Below, piece after piece: positions 10,583-19,832 of a stretch of DNA of 64,000 nucleotides. A program made the translations under genes and the position numbers. The notes below the pieces were generated by a model. The model was not told the origin of the DNA and did not search any database. It saw only the letters and a list, made by a program, of their open reading frames with translations. Numbering within the stretch: the stretch's first letter is position 1; every line of letters starts with the position of its first letter. This DNA is from Candidatus Woesebacteria bacterium GW2011_GWA1_39_21 (GTDB lineage Bacteria; Patescibacteriota; Microgenomatia; UBA8517). The stretch is from contig LBWP01000002.1 in NCBI GenBank assembly GCA_000993685.1, positions 7,993 to 71,992 on the forward strand. Reading direction: 5' to 3'.

Positions 10583-11291
10583 CAAGTAAGTAGAGAAGAA
10601 GCGAGGCGATAGTTGATAAACCGTACTTAACAGATCTTTTAAAATTAATTGAAGAGGCGTCTGGGAAATAGCGAACCGGGACGGGAATTTCTCCAATTTT
10701 AAACCCGCTTCTAATGGCGGAAACCAAGATTTGCTGATCAAAAACAAAATCATCTGAAAATTTGTGAAACGGTATCTTTTGCAAGACTTCGTATTTAAAT
10801 GCCCTTAAACCAGTGTGATATTCGGACAAATTCTGTCCGAGGATGACGTTTTGTGTAATTGTCAGAAGACGGTTTCCCAAGTACTTATAAAGCGGCATTC
10901 CTCCTTTGAGTGACTCCGCGCGTGTACGTATTCGTGAACCGAGCATGATGTCAAATCGTTTTTTGACAATTGGTTCAATTAGCTCGGGAATTCGCGTTGC
11001 GTCATACTGATAATCCGGGTGGAGCATGACAACAATTTTGGCATTATCGTTCAGAGCGGTGGTGTAGCAGGTTTTTTGGTTGCCTCCGTAACCCCTGTTT
11101 TGTGGATGAACAACAACATCCAAACCTAATTTTTTCGCAACCTTGACTGTTTTATCGTGGCTGCCGTCGTCGACAAGAATAATCCTCTCAACGAGATTTT
11201 TGGGAATATCCTTGTAAGTTTTTACCAAGGTCTTTTCTGCATTATATGCAGGCATAACAACAAAAACACCATTTTTGTTCGGTTTATTCAT
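10539..11291 (-). CDS. GT2 glycosyltransferase (polyprenol-phosphate glycosyltransferase-like)
   Basis: VVMPAYNAE, VDDGSHD, NRGYGGNQK, HPDYQY. Confidence 0.92.
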   Translation of the reverse strand: MNKPNKNGVFVVMPAYNAEKTLVKTYKDIPKNLVERIILVDDGSHDKTVKVAKKLGLDVVVHPQNRGYGGNQKTCYTTALNDNAKIVVMLHPDYQYDATRIPELIEPIVKKRFDIMLGSRIRTRAESLKGGMPLYKYLGNRLLTITQNVILGQNLSEYHTGLRAFKYEVLQKIPFHKFSDDFVFDQQILVSAIRSGFKIGEIPVPVRYFPDASSINFKRSVKYGLSTIASLLLYLLDVSKIYSSKIFYKK

Positions 11292-11382
11292 GAAAATTTT
11301 TTAGAACAAAAAACCCACAACCCTGAATATATTTCAGAATCGTATCATAAACCTTAAGCTCCAAGAAAGTTTGGATAAAGAT

Positions 11383-11658
11383 TTACTGTTGAGGCTGGTT
11401 CTCTCTTGGTTGTTGTGGTCTTGCGTCGCTTACGGAAATTGCTCTTCCGTCAAGTTCCTGACCATTAAGCTTTGCTTTGGCTTCTTCGGCTTCTTTCTCA
11501 GAGCCCATTTCAACGAAACCAAAACCTTTGGATTTTCCAGTGTATTTGTCGACAATTACCTGTGCCGAAACCACTGTTCCAACAGTTGAGAAGAAGTTTT
11601 TCAGAGAGTCATCGCGGGTAGTCCAAGCTAAACCTCCGACGAATAATTTGGTTGCCAT
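11383..11658 (-). CDS. RRM RNA-binding protein
   Basis: RNP2 LFVGGL, RNP1 KGFGFVEM; RBS AAGGTGGTGA. Confidence 0.95.
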   Translation of the reverse strand: MATKLFVGGLAWTTRDDSLKNFFSTVGTVVSAQVIVDKYTGKSKGFGFVEMGSEKEAEEAKAKLNGQELDGRAISVSDARPQQPRENQPQQ

Positions 11659-11850
11659 TAATTAATCACCACCTTTCAGAGTGTTAATTTTCTTACCTAA
11701 GCCGTTACACAGTTTTGTTACACCCAAATTATTTACGGGGTAAAAAAAGTTGTCCAGCTGTCAGTCTTAACATTAACTAACACTAATATTATATGAAAAT
11801 AAACTACAAGAGTGAAGAGGTAAAAGAATAGAGACCCGCACCCTTCGGCG

Positions 11851-12420
11851 TTATTGGTTTATCCTTGCCAAGTAGTCTCCGGTTGTTGTATCAACGGAAA
11901 CCTTGTCACCGGTTTTGATGAAGATTGGTGCTTGAATTTCGATTCCAGTTTCTAGTTTTACTGATTTTTTTGGAGCATTTACACGGTTTCCGGCAATTGC
12001 CTCGTGCGCTTCGGCAACTGTCAGGACAACGTTTGGTGGAATTTCTACACCAATCGCTTTGTCACCGTGCCACAAAACGACACATTTTTGATCTGTGACT
12101 AAAAAGCCGATTTTATTCTCAAGAAGTGTTAGGGGAACACTTACCTGGTCGTAAGTTCTCGGGTTCATAAAGACGGCTTCAGATGTATCGGAATATAAAA
12201 AGTGCATGTCTTTTTTAGCAACATCGGCAACCTCAACGGCTTCGTTTGATTTGTATGTAAATTCACTCGCTGCGCCGGTCGTTGCGTTTTTCATCTTGAC
12301 GCGCATGATTGGAGCACCTTTTCCCGGAGACATGAATTCGGTTTTCGTAACGTAATGCGGTGCTCCTTTATAGATTATAAAGCTCCCTTTGGTGATGTTA
12401 CCTGCGTTAATTGTTGACAT
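11851..12420 (-). CDS. efp: Translation elongation factor P
   Basis: PGKG loop, KLETG, PIFIKTGD..VDT..G.Y. Confidence 0.93.
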   Translation of the reverse strand: MSTINAGNITKGSFIIYKGAPHYVTKTEFMSPGKGAPIMRVKMKNATTGAASEFTYKSNEAVEVADVAKKDMHFLYSDTSEAVFMNPRTYDQVSVPLTLLENKIGFLVTDQKCVVLWHGDKAIGVEIPPNVVLTVAEAHEAIAGNRVNAPKKSVKLETGIEIQAPIFIKTGDKVSVDTTTGDYLARINQ

Positions 12421-12429
12421 ATGTTTTTA

Positions 12430-12510
12430 AGATAAAAAAGTGAAAGGGTAAAAAGGTGAAAACAGAAATTCAATTCTTTACTATTACTCTTTCGCCATTT
12501 TACCTTTTTT
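12430..12510. repeat. Inverted purine-rich/pyrimidine-rich degenerate short tandem repeats
   Basis: aaaaagtg-aaagggta-aaaaggtg followed by an antiparallel pyrimidine-rich tract. Confidence 0.4.
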
Positions 12511-12552
12511 CAAAATAAATCGCCCCATTTGAAGCGATACTGTATTGTAGCT

Positions 12553-13611
12553 TTAAGTTTCCTGCAGGTCAAATATTTCTTTAGCTGGAAAAAAGAGTGT
12601 TTCCGAAATTGTGGCGAAATCTCCGGCGAGCATAATTAATCTATCAACACCAACGGCAATTCCGGCCGTTTGAGGTATTCCTGCCGACAAAGCCTTGATT
12701 AACTCTCTGTCGAGAGGGTATGAACTCTTACCGCGCCTTTTGCGCTCCCCGAGATCTTTTTTAAAACGCAATTCCTGCTCGGGGGCGTTGGATAATTCTG
12801 AAAAACAGTTACCAAGCTCAATTCCTGCGAGAAATACCTCAAACCTTTCTGCAAATCGGGGATCCAGTGACTTCTTTTTTGAAAGCGATGCGAGTGGTGT
12901 GGGGTAATCGTAGAGAAAATATGGTTTGTTGTATTTTCTTAAAGCTGGCTCAACCTCGTTAAATAAAATTTGGTTAAATATCGCTTCCCATGTCGTTTCC
13001 TGACTTATTTCATAACCTTTCGATTTGGCCACTTCTGGAAGTTTATTTTTTGAAAGCATCGTGTCCGTGTCTATTTCTGCAAACCTTTCAAAGGCATCTG
13101 CAACTGAAAATTTCATCCATGGAGGCGTTAAGTCATAGCTTTTTTTCTGGTAAATCCAATTTGATAAATTTGCTTTGGGATCGGTTTGGGTGATAATTTT
13201 TGAGAAAAGTTTCTCGAAATCGTTCATAATATCCGTATAATCGGCGTTAGTTCTATACCACTCAAGCATTGTAAACTCCGGGTTGTGAAGCCTTGAGACC
13301 TCCTCTTCGTTTCGGAAACATTTTGTAATTTCAAAACAATTACCAATTCCTGCTGCGAGCAGTTTTTTTATTGAATACTCAGGGCTCATGATGAGATATG
13401 CATCTTTTTTCGTTCCCCTGAAAGTTTTCAAGTTTGTTTTAAACACCTCGAGATTCGGCTCACAAGAAGGGGTGGACACAAGAATCGGGGTAGATACTTC
13501 GTGGAAGCCTATTTCTTTGAAGAAATTTCGGACTGTGTCAACCACTTTTTCTCGAACGAGATATTTAGCCAGTTGGTCGGGTTTGTTTTTGATTTTCTCC
13601 CAGGTTTGCAT
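12553..13611 (-). CDS. epmA: EF-P lysine aminoacylase (LysRS catalytic-domain paralog)
   Basis: SPEYSIKKLLAAG, FRNEE..HNPEFTMLEWY, ELGNCFSEL, GIAVGVDRL; adjacent to efp. Confidence 0.93.
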   Translation of the reverse strand: MQTWEKIKNKPDQLAKYLVREKVVDTVRNFFKEIGFHEVSTPILVSTPSCEPNLEVFKTNLKTFRGTKKDAYLIMSPEYSIKKLLAAGIGNCFEITKCFRNEEEVSRLHNPEFTMLEWYRTNADYTDIMNDFEKLFSKIITQTDPKANLSNWIYQKKSYDLTPPWMKFSVADAFERFAEIDTDTMLSKNKLPEVAKSKGYEISQETTWEAIFNQILFNEVEPALRKYNKPYFLYDYPTPLASLSKKKSLDPRFAERFEVFLAGIELGNCFSELSNAPEQELRFKKDLGERKRRGKSSYPLDRELIKALSAGIPQTAGIAVGVDRLIMLAGDFATISETLFFPAKEIFDLQET

Positions 13612-13644
13612 CTGGATGATATTATATTTCTAAAACGGCTTTAT

Positions 13645-13757
13645 TGCCACCTTGCTTAAAACCACGGCATTTATGCCGTGAATGAGCAAATTTTCGCGAT
13701 GAACGAAGTTAACCGCAGGCGACAAAATACCACGGGCTTTAGCCCGTGGAAATTTAT
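13645..13757 (+). mobile_element. Non-autonomous IS200/IS605-type element (PATE-like), copy A
   Basis: TTAT at 13641; left hairpin CACGGCA-TTTA-TGCCGTG followed by AATGA; right hairpin CCACGGGC-TTTA-GCCCGTGG ending AAATTTAT; homologous to 49525-49622. Confidence 0.65.
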
Positions 13758-13767
13758 TATGTGGTTT

Positions 13768-14538
13768 TTACCGCTTTCGCCTGATGAAGTTGCTTACTAC
13801 AAAAAGTGAGGCAGACGTAAGAACAACGGCAGGTCCTGACGCAATTCCTACAATTTTTGATATGGTGACGCCGATGACCATCGATGTTGCTCCAATTACG
13901 GCTGCGTAAAATTGAAACCCTTTAATATTTTTTGCGATGTTCTTGGCTGCCACTGCAGGAATGATTACAAGCGATCCTGTTAAAAGGGTACCGACGAATT
14001 TCACGCCGATAGCAACCACCAATCCGACTGCGAGTAGATAAAGAAGATTAATCTTAGAGACGTTGATTTTCTTTGATCTGGCCAATTCTTCTGAAATTAC
14101 CCCAAGAAGAAGTTCACTAGATATTTTTTTAATGACAACATAAATTGAGAGAGAGGTTGCAATTATGACCACACCATCAAGAAAGGAGATTTTTTCGAAA
14201 TTACCAAAAAGCGCCTCCAGAAGTTCGGGTTCCGGTGTAATTAAAATTCCGATTGCGAGGCTTGCAGTGAAAAAAATTCCAACCAAGGCCTCGGAATAAA
14301 TTTCAGTTTTTTCGCCTAAATACCAAACTCCAAGAATGGCGGCGCTTAAGGCAATAAATGCACCAAGCATGGGATTAATTCCAAGCATCAGTGCGATTGC
14401 CAAACCAGGAAGAGCAACGTGCGACAAAGCATCGCCAACGAGCGACATCCGCTTGATCACCATAAACGAACCCAAAAATCCCGAAGCGGCTCCGACGAGG
14501 GCTCCGACAGCTAGTGTAAATAAAAGGTTATTTTCCAT
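13768..14538 (-). CDS. znuB: Zn/Mn ABC transporter permease
   Basis: GDALSHVALPG, multi-TM, SGPAVVL. Confidence 0.9.
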   Translation of the reverse strand: MENNLLFTLAVGALVGAASGFLGSFMVIKRMSLVGDALSHVALPGLAIALMLGINPMLGAFIALSAAILGVWYLGEKTEIYSEALVGIFFTASLAIGILITPEPELLEALFGNFEKISFLDGVVIIATSLSIYVVIKKISSELLLGVISEELARSKKINVSKINLLYLLAVGLVVAIGVKFVGTLLTGSLVIIPAVAAKNIAKNIKGFQFYAAVIGATSMVIGVTISKIVGIASGPAVVLTSASLFVVSNFIRRKR

Positions 14539-14540
14539 AT

Positions 14541-15275
14541 CTACTCATGTTTATGGTTGTGATTATGGTGTTGATAAAAACGAACATCTTCACCGTATAA
14601 TTTATTGATGCTTCGTTTGTCGATAGCAATGTGGGGTGGTCCCCAACAGACCATTTCTTTATTTAAACACAAAACGTTCGCTGCATACCGATAGACAATT
14701 TCAAGCTCGTGCGAGATAAAAATAATTGTCAAGTCTTTTTCCTTCTTTAGCCTGTCAATTAACACATAGACCGTTTCCTCGCTTGAGACATCAACCCCAC
14801 TTGTTGGCTCGTCAAAAAGTAGAACATTTGGATTACCAAGTAGTGCGAACGCAATTAGAACCCTCTGAAATTCACCCCCGGAGAGAACTCCTAACCTAAC
14901 TTTTAGTAGCCGTTTGCCTTTGTGAATCAGATGTTCGTCTTTAGTCTCAAACCCAACTTGAGAAAGTACAGATTCGATTTTGACTTGGTCTTTTTCTTTA
15001 AACTTAAGAAATTCCTCTACTGTTAGGGGGATGTCTTTACTGACAGTGAGTCGTTGTGGGACGTATCCAATTCTCGTGTCGTCTGCCCAGCTGACGGTGC
15101 CTTTGTATGGTAAGAGATTTAAAAGGCATTTAAATAAAACAGTTTTTCCGGCGCCATTGGGGCCAATAATTGCCAAGGTGTCGTCTCTTTTAACCTCGAA
15201 TGAAAGGTTGTCCAATATTTTATGGTTATTAAACTCTACCACAAGGTTTGATACCGTTAAGATATTATTTTCCAT
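14541..15275 (-). CDS. znuC: Zn/Mn ABC transporter ATPase
   Basis: GPNGAGKT, IGYVPQ, LSGGEFQR, LFDEPT, His-rich C-terminus. Confidence 0.92.
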   Translation of the reverse strand: MENNILTVSNLVVEFNNHKILDNLSFEVKRDDTLAIIGPNGAGKTVLFKCLLNLLPYKGTVSWADDTRIGYVPQRLTVSKDIPLTVEEFLKFKEKDQVKIESVLSQVGFETKDEHLIHKGKRLLKVRLGVLSGGEFQRVLIAFALLGNPNVLLFDEPTSGVDVSSEETVYVLIDRLKKEKDLTIIFISHELEIVYRYAANVLCLNKEMVCWGPPHIAIDKRSINKLYGEDVRFYQHHNHNHKHE

Positions 15276-15282
15276 ACGCAAA

Positions 15283-15678
15283 TCATTGGCAGTTTGGACA
15301 CAAGCCGAAAAATTCTAACGAATGATTTTTTACTTCGAAATTTGATTTACGTTTGACCTGGGCCAGTAATAGTTTCTCGTTTAGCGGTACATCCTCAACC
15401 GAACCGCAGTTGTTGCAAATAAGATGGTGGTGATGATCCGGACTGGCGAGCTCGTATTGGGCAGTGACACCATTAAAATGTGTTTTGTTGATAAGATTTA
15501 ACTGGGAAAAATACTCCAACGTTCGGTAGATCGTTGTTTTATCAACGGTTTCTTCTTTCTTCTCCAGTACGTCTTTTATTTCAGCTACACTTTGTGGATG
15601 CAGGTCGAGAGCTTCGAAGATGGAACATCTTTGTTTGGTTAGACGGTGTCCGTTTTGGGAAAGTAATTTTTTATTCAT
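15283..15678 (-). CDS. zur: Fur-family regulator (Zur-like)
   Basis: RLTKQR, TIYRTL, HHHHLICNNCG, GLCPNC; first gene of the znu operon. Confidence 0.85.
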   Translation of the reverse strand: MNKKLLSQNGHRLTKQRCSIFEALDLHPQSVAEIKDVLEKKEETVDKTTIYRTLEYFSQLNLINKTHFNGVTAQYELASPDHHHHLICNNCGSVEDVPLNEKLLLAQVKRKSNFEVKNHSLEFFGLCPNCQ

Positions 15679-15691
15679 AATGTTAAATAGA

Positions 15692-15719
15692 TTGTTGCAA
15701 ACCAGTTGCAATAAGTCAA
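15692..15719 (-). promoter_or_regulatory. Candidate Zur/Fur operator overlapping promoter
   Basis: Near-palindrome TTGTTGCAA-ACCAG-TTGCAATAA abutting minus-strand TTGACT, just upstream of the zur ATG. Confidence 0.6.
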
Positions 15720-15772
15720 TGTGTAACCTGTCAATAGATTATAAGCAGATGAGTGGGAATTGGTATCCAAAG

Positions 15773-18091
15773 TTACTCATGTGGCGGTTTAATATTACAT
15801 CCGGTTACGACACCATCCTCCTGTAAAAACCACTCTGTAAATTTATTAACAACCACTTCTTCACTATCGGGTTTTTTATATAAAAAACAGATTATGGTTT
15901 TTTTAAGTCCATTAGGAACCTCCCAGGAGTGATTTGTTGTATTTTCCAGTAGCTTGGTCATAATTCTGTTAAAAATTGGAGTAGCTCCAGTGACACCTGA
16001 GGCTACTCGAGCCATTGGGGAATTGTCGTTGTTTCCTACCCACACCGCGACTAGATAATTCTGGTTATAGCCAATGGTTAAATTGTCGCGCAGGTTATTG
16101 CTAGTTCCCGTCTTGACGGCAACTTCTTTATGAGCCGGAATGTTTAAGAGCGAGTTTTGCCCGAATGCGGGAGTGCGCGCCTTGTTATCTTTCAAAATGT
16201 CGGTAAGTATAAAAGCGACGCGTGGGTCGATAATCTGTTTGACGGACGCGGTGACTTTTTTCTCGACAACATTGTTTTGATTGTCGGTAATTTTTTCAAT
16301 TGGGTTGAAGTCAACTTTGTTACCGTAATTGGCAACCACCGAATAAACTTGGGCGAGGTCAATGAGTTTAATGTCACCTCCACCAAGAGTTAGTGAAAGT
16401 CCATAGTTCTTTGGGTTGGTCCAGGTTGTAATTCCCATCTCACGTCCCAGATCGATCATTTTGTCAACACCATAGCTGGCAAGCACTTTAACTGCGGGAA
16501 TGTTTCTTGATTGTGCAAAAGCGGATCTTAATGTTAAGTTTCCTTTAAATATTCCATCGTAGTTTTTTGGCGAGTAGGGTGGAGAGCCCTTGAAAGAAAA
16601 GGTGATTGGCGCATCGTTGATGGTTGTTGATGCTTGGTATCCGTGGCCGAGGGCATATGCGTAGTTAATTATTTTAATTGACGAACCAGGCTGCTGGAGT
16701 GATGTCACAATGTTTACCTGCCCGTCTTCATCGGAGTTGAAAAAATCTTTTGATCCTGCCATGGCCAAGATGTCTCCATTTTTTGGGTTGGCAACAATTA
16801 CGGCAGCGTTTGTGACGTGGTAGTTTGTCAGCTTTTTTAACTCCAGATTAATTTCAGAATCGACCATCGCCTGGATATTAAGATCGAGCGTAGTTGTTAT
16901 CTCTAAACCCCCCGCTTCAAGCACTTTATTACCATACTTCTTTTCCAGGAGGTCTCGAACAAATATTACGAAATGCGGAGCCAAAATTGGATTTTGTGGT
17001 TTAAAAAAAATCAGTTTCTCACTGTAGGCTTTTTGATAATCACCTTGGCTGATATATGAATTTTCAAGCATCGACCTTAAAATTTCTTTTTGTCTGTTTA
17101 GTAAATTTGTTGGGTTGTCGGTGTAGGGTGAAAGCTTGGTCGGGCTTTTTGGGAGAGCTGAAAGAAGTGACGCCTCGGTTAGGGTAAGATCTGTTGCGTT
17201 TTTGTTAAAATATCTTTGTGCCGCCTCCTGGATTCCATACTCGGTTCCGCCGTATGGAATTTGGTTAAGATACATTTGCAGAATTTCATTTTTTGAATAT
17301 ATTGATTCAACTTGTATAGCCAGAACAACCTCCTTGAGTTTCCGAACGATACTTTTTTCGGGTGTAAGGAGTGTGTTTTTTACCAGCTGTTGTGTAATTG
17401 TTGAACCCCCCTCCATTTTATTTTCTCTAATGTCTTTAACAAGTGCCCTCACAATTCCTTTTATTGAAATACCGTAGTGTTGGTAGAACTCGTTGTCTTC
17501 TGCTGCGAGAGTTGATAGGATAACTATTTTTGGAAGGCTTTCGAGTTTTACTGGGGTTCTGTTTTCGTCTTTGTAGATTTTATAAAGAAGAACGCCATTT
17601 CTGTCATATATTTTGGACGTTACCCTGAAATTGTATGAAGAAAGTTGACGGGGGGAAGGCAGGTCTTTAAAAATAAAATGCCAGCCTGGTAATCCAATAA
17701 GAAGTGTCATCACAAACGCAAAGGTAAACGTTTCTGCAAGACTTTTTACAACCGTCGTAACTGGAAAATCAATCTGACGTGTATGTCTACTAATTTTTTT
17801 TAGAAAACGAAGCAGGCTTTTTACCAGTTGTTTTGAGACAATTACTAGGAGATTGAAAAGAGTTGAGACGATAAAAAATATTATCTTAAAAATCACGGAA
17901 ACAACTCCTTTTTCCGTAAACACACTTTCCGTCACCATTACAATCATCGTGAGAAGAACAACGATCGCAAGAAGAAAAAAGTAAAAAGGTCTCCCAACCA
18001 AAAAGACCAAGTCTCGGGAAAAATTGAGACTTGCTTTTGCTAATTTTGAAAAACGGTTTCCATTTGTTTTGGCAGGTTTAGGGACACCCAC
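15773..18091 (-). CDS. Class A penicillin-binding protein (GT51 + transpeptidase)
   Basis: EDNEFYQH, GGSTITQQL, SSIK, SRN, KTGT motifs. Confidence 0.93.
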   Translation of the reverse strand: MGVPKPAKTNGNRFSKLAKASLNFSRDLVFLVGRPFYFFLLAIVVLLTMIVMVTESVFTEKGVVSVIFKIIFFIVSTLFNLLVIVSKQLVKSLLRFLKKISRHTRQIDFPVTTVVKSLAETFTFAFVMTLLIGLPGWHFIFKDLPSPRQLSSYNFRVTSKIYDRNGVLLYKIYKDENRTPVKLESLPKIVILSTLAAEDNEFYQHYGISIKGIVRALVKDIRENKMEGGSTITQQLVKNTLLTPEKSIVRKLKEVVLAIQVESIYSKNEILQMYLNQIPYGGTEYGIQEAAQRYFNKNATDLTLTEASLLSALPKSPTKLSPYTDNPTNLLNRQKEILRSMLENSYISQGDYQKAYSEKLIFFKPQNPILAPHFVIFVRDLLEKKYGNKVLEAGGLEITTTLDLNIQAMVDSEINLELKKLTNYHVTNAAVIVANPKNGDILAMAGSKDFFNSDEDGQVNIVTSLQQPGSSIKIINYAYALGHGYQASTTINDAPITFSFKGSPPYSPKNYDGIFKGNLTLRSAFAQSRNIPAVKVLASYGVDKMIDLGREMGITTWTNPKNYGLSLTLGGGDIKLIDLAQVYSVVANYGNKVDFNPIEKITDNQNNVVEKKVTASVKQIIDPRVAFILTDILKDNKARTPAFGQNSLLNIPAHKEVAVKTGTSNNLRDNLTIGYNQNYLVAVWVGNNDNSPMARVASGVTGATPIFNRIMTKLLENTTNHSWEVPNGLKKTIICFLYKKPDSEEVVVNKFTEWFLQEDGVVTGCNIKPPHE

Positions 18092-18300
18092 GTTAAAAAA
18101 AATTTTATAACTTATAGAATTAGAAAATAAATAGGATTAAGTCGGTACAAATGATACATAGTAAGTCAATTTTAAAAATTATCTAAATAACGCAGTCTCT
18201 GATATTTTAATTTAAATACTAGCAAGGGTTTGTCCAACACTAAAAAACGGTTGTCATGTGTTGTCATGGGTGTAGACCTCTTAGAAAGTAGGGTATGTAT

Positions 18301-18597
18301 TTAATTGTTGTTGGAAGAAGTGGGTGACTTTGTGGGAATCAGAAGCTGTTTTGGTTGAACCGACTCTCTGTATTTTTGTGTGTTGCGCTGCGAAATAATT
18401 AGTCCGGCAGCGGCGGTTACTAAAAACAGAATCAGCAAAATAACCGTTAATTTTTTGTTGGGTTGGTAGACAACCGGTTTTACGGTGTCTTGGATTTGTT
18501 TACTGTTGGGGTCAACGTAGTTTGCATCTGTAACCACGGGCGCATTTGGCTGGCTATTAATTAGTTGATTTTGGTCTGCTTGAGATTTGTTTTCCAT
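18301..18597 (-). CDS. Small single-TM hypothetical protein
   Basis: ATG 18597 after TACAAT; disordered N-terminus, one TM. Confidence 0.6.
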   Translation of the reverse strand: MENKSQADQNQLINSQPNAPVVTDANYVDPNSKQIQDTVKPVVYQPNKKLTVILLILFLVTAAAGLIISQRNTQKYRESVQPKQLLIPTKSPTSSNNN

Positions 18598-18617
18598 TAC
18601 GCTATTGTAGCACTGCC

Positions 18618-19739
18618 TCATTCGGTAAAGTTAAATGTGGAGAGGATTGGATCGACAGTTTCTATATGAGATGGACTACTTCCATCTGTAATTTCAGCAA
18701 ACAAATTGGGATTATTATTGGATTGAACTAGATAATAACCATTAAATCCCTCGGTTTCGTATGAGAAGATGTAGGAGTTATAAACGTTAATTTTAGTCTT
18801 CGTTAATTCTCGGATAACATTAACCCTATTTGACCCCACCAACCTCTGGTATAAATTTTGGACATATTCTTTAAAGGAGTTATTAGGCTGAACATTTTTT
18901 GGTTCTTCAATTCTTACTGCCAACATATTGTAGGGACTGGTTTCTAAATTAATAAGGATAGCCCCTTGATCCTTATGGACAGTCGCACCATTGGGATATT
19001 TAAATGAATAGTTCTGGTCAGAATATGTTTGCCAATCTGAAGTATCAATAGGTATTTTAGTTGGAGTAGGTTCTTCGGTGAAGTTAAAAGTAGAGAGGAT
19101 TTGGTTTCTAAGATCTTTGTATTTTGTTACGTTTGCCTCGTTGTCCAGATTACATTTTGATTGCTGATCTACTGTTATATTAGAACAACCCGCCGACGTG
19201 TGTGAAAAGTATAGATACAAATCGTTCGGTTTAAGGTTCCTTACTGGGATGTAATCAATTATTTTATATGCGGATTCAACCTCAAACTGCTTATGGGTGT
19301 TTAATTGAAAAGTTTTATTATCTATGTTTACGGATTCCTGGCTTATAATCTCGGTTCCATCGCTTATAATGTCCTGGGCAAAGGTTCTTTCGTATGGTTG
19401 GGTACTGATATAAAAAATCATGGGTGATGAACCTCCGGGATCACCACCATCGAAATATTCACCTAACTGAAATATTATATCCTTTGAATTAACAGATTGA
19501 CTTTCCCAGTCGGAAGGATACATAAATTCAAAACCCCACTTATCATTTTTATACGTTTTCCAGTTATCGGTAGTATTTTCTGTCGCGTTGGGTTTGGTTT
19601 TTACTATTTCCTTGGAATACTGTTTGAGCATTCTATTTTGATAAACAAGAAGAGTTACGTACATCCATACTAAGGTAATTAACGTGGCGAGGGTATATGT
19701 GAGGACATTTTGCAGAAAGCGCAGTTTATTGAAGCGCAT
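18618..19739 (-). CDS. Membrane-anchored protein with two PsbP-like repeats
   Basis: Repeated WKTY..GFEFMYP / WQTY..YSFKYP and QILSTFNFTE / PILSTFNFTE. Confidence 0.7.
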   Translation of the reverse strand: MRFNKLRFLQNVLTYTLATLITLVWMYVTLLVYQNRMLKQYSKEIVKTKPNATENTTDNWKTYKNDKWGFEFMYPSDWESQSVNSKDIIFQLGEYFDGGDPGGSSPMIFYISTQPYERTFAQDIISDGTEIISQESVNIDNKTFQLNTHKQFEVESAYKIIDYIPVRNLKPNDLYLYFSHTSAGCSNITVDQQSKCNLDNEANVTKYKDLRNQILSTFNFTEEPTPTKIPIDTSDWQTYSDQNYSFKYPNGATVHKDQGAILINLETSPYNMLAVRIEEPKNVQPNNSFKEYVQNLYQRLVGSNRVNVIRELTKTKINVYNSYIFSYETEGFNGYYLVQSNNNPNLFAEITDGSSPSHIETVDPILSTFNFTE

Positions 19740-19832
19740 AGTAACTAATTATATCGCAAAAATTTAAAACTCAAAAATAACATTGAATTTAAAGAGAAAT
19801 TCTAGGTCGACAAAGATAAGAAGCTGTTGTGT

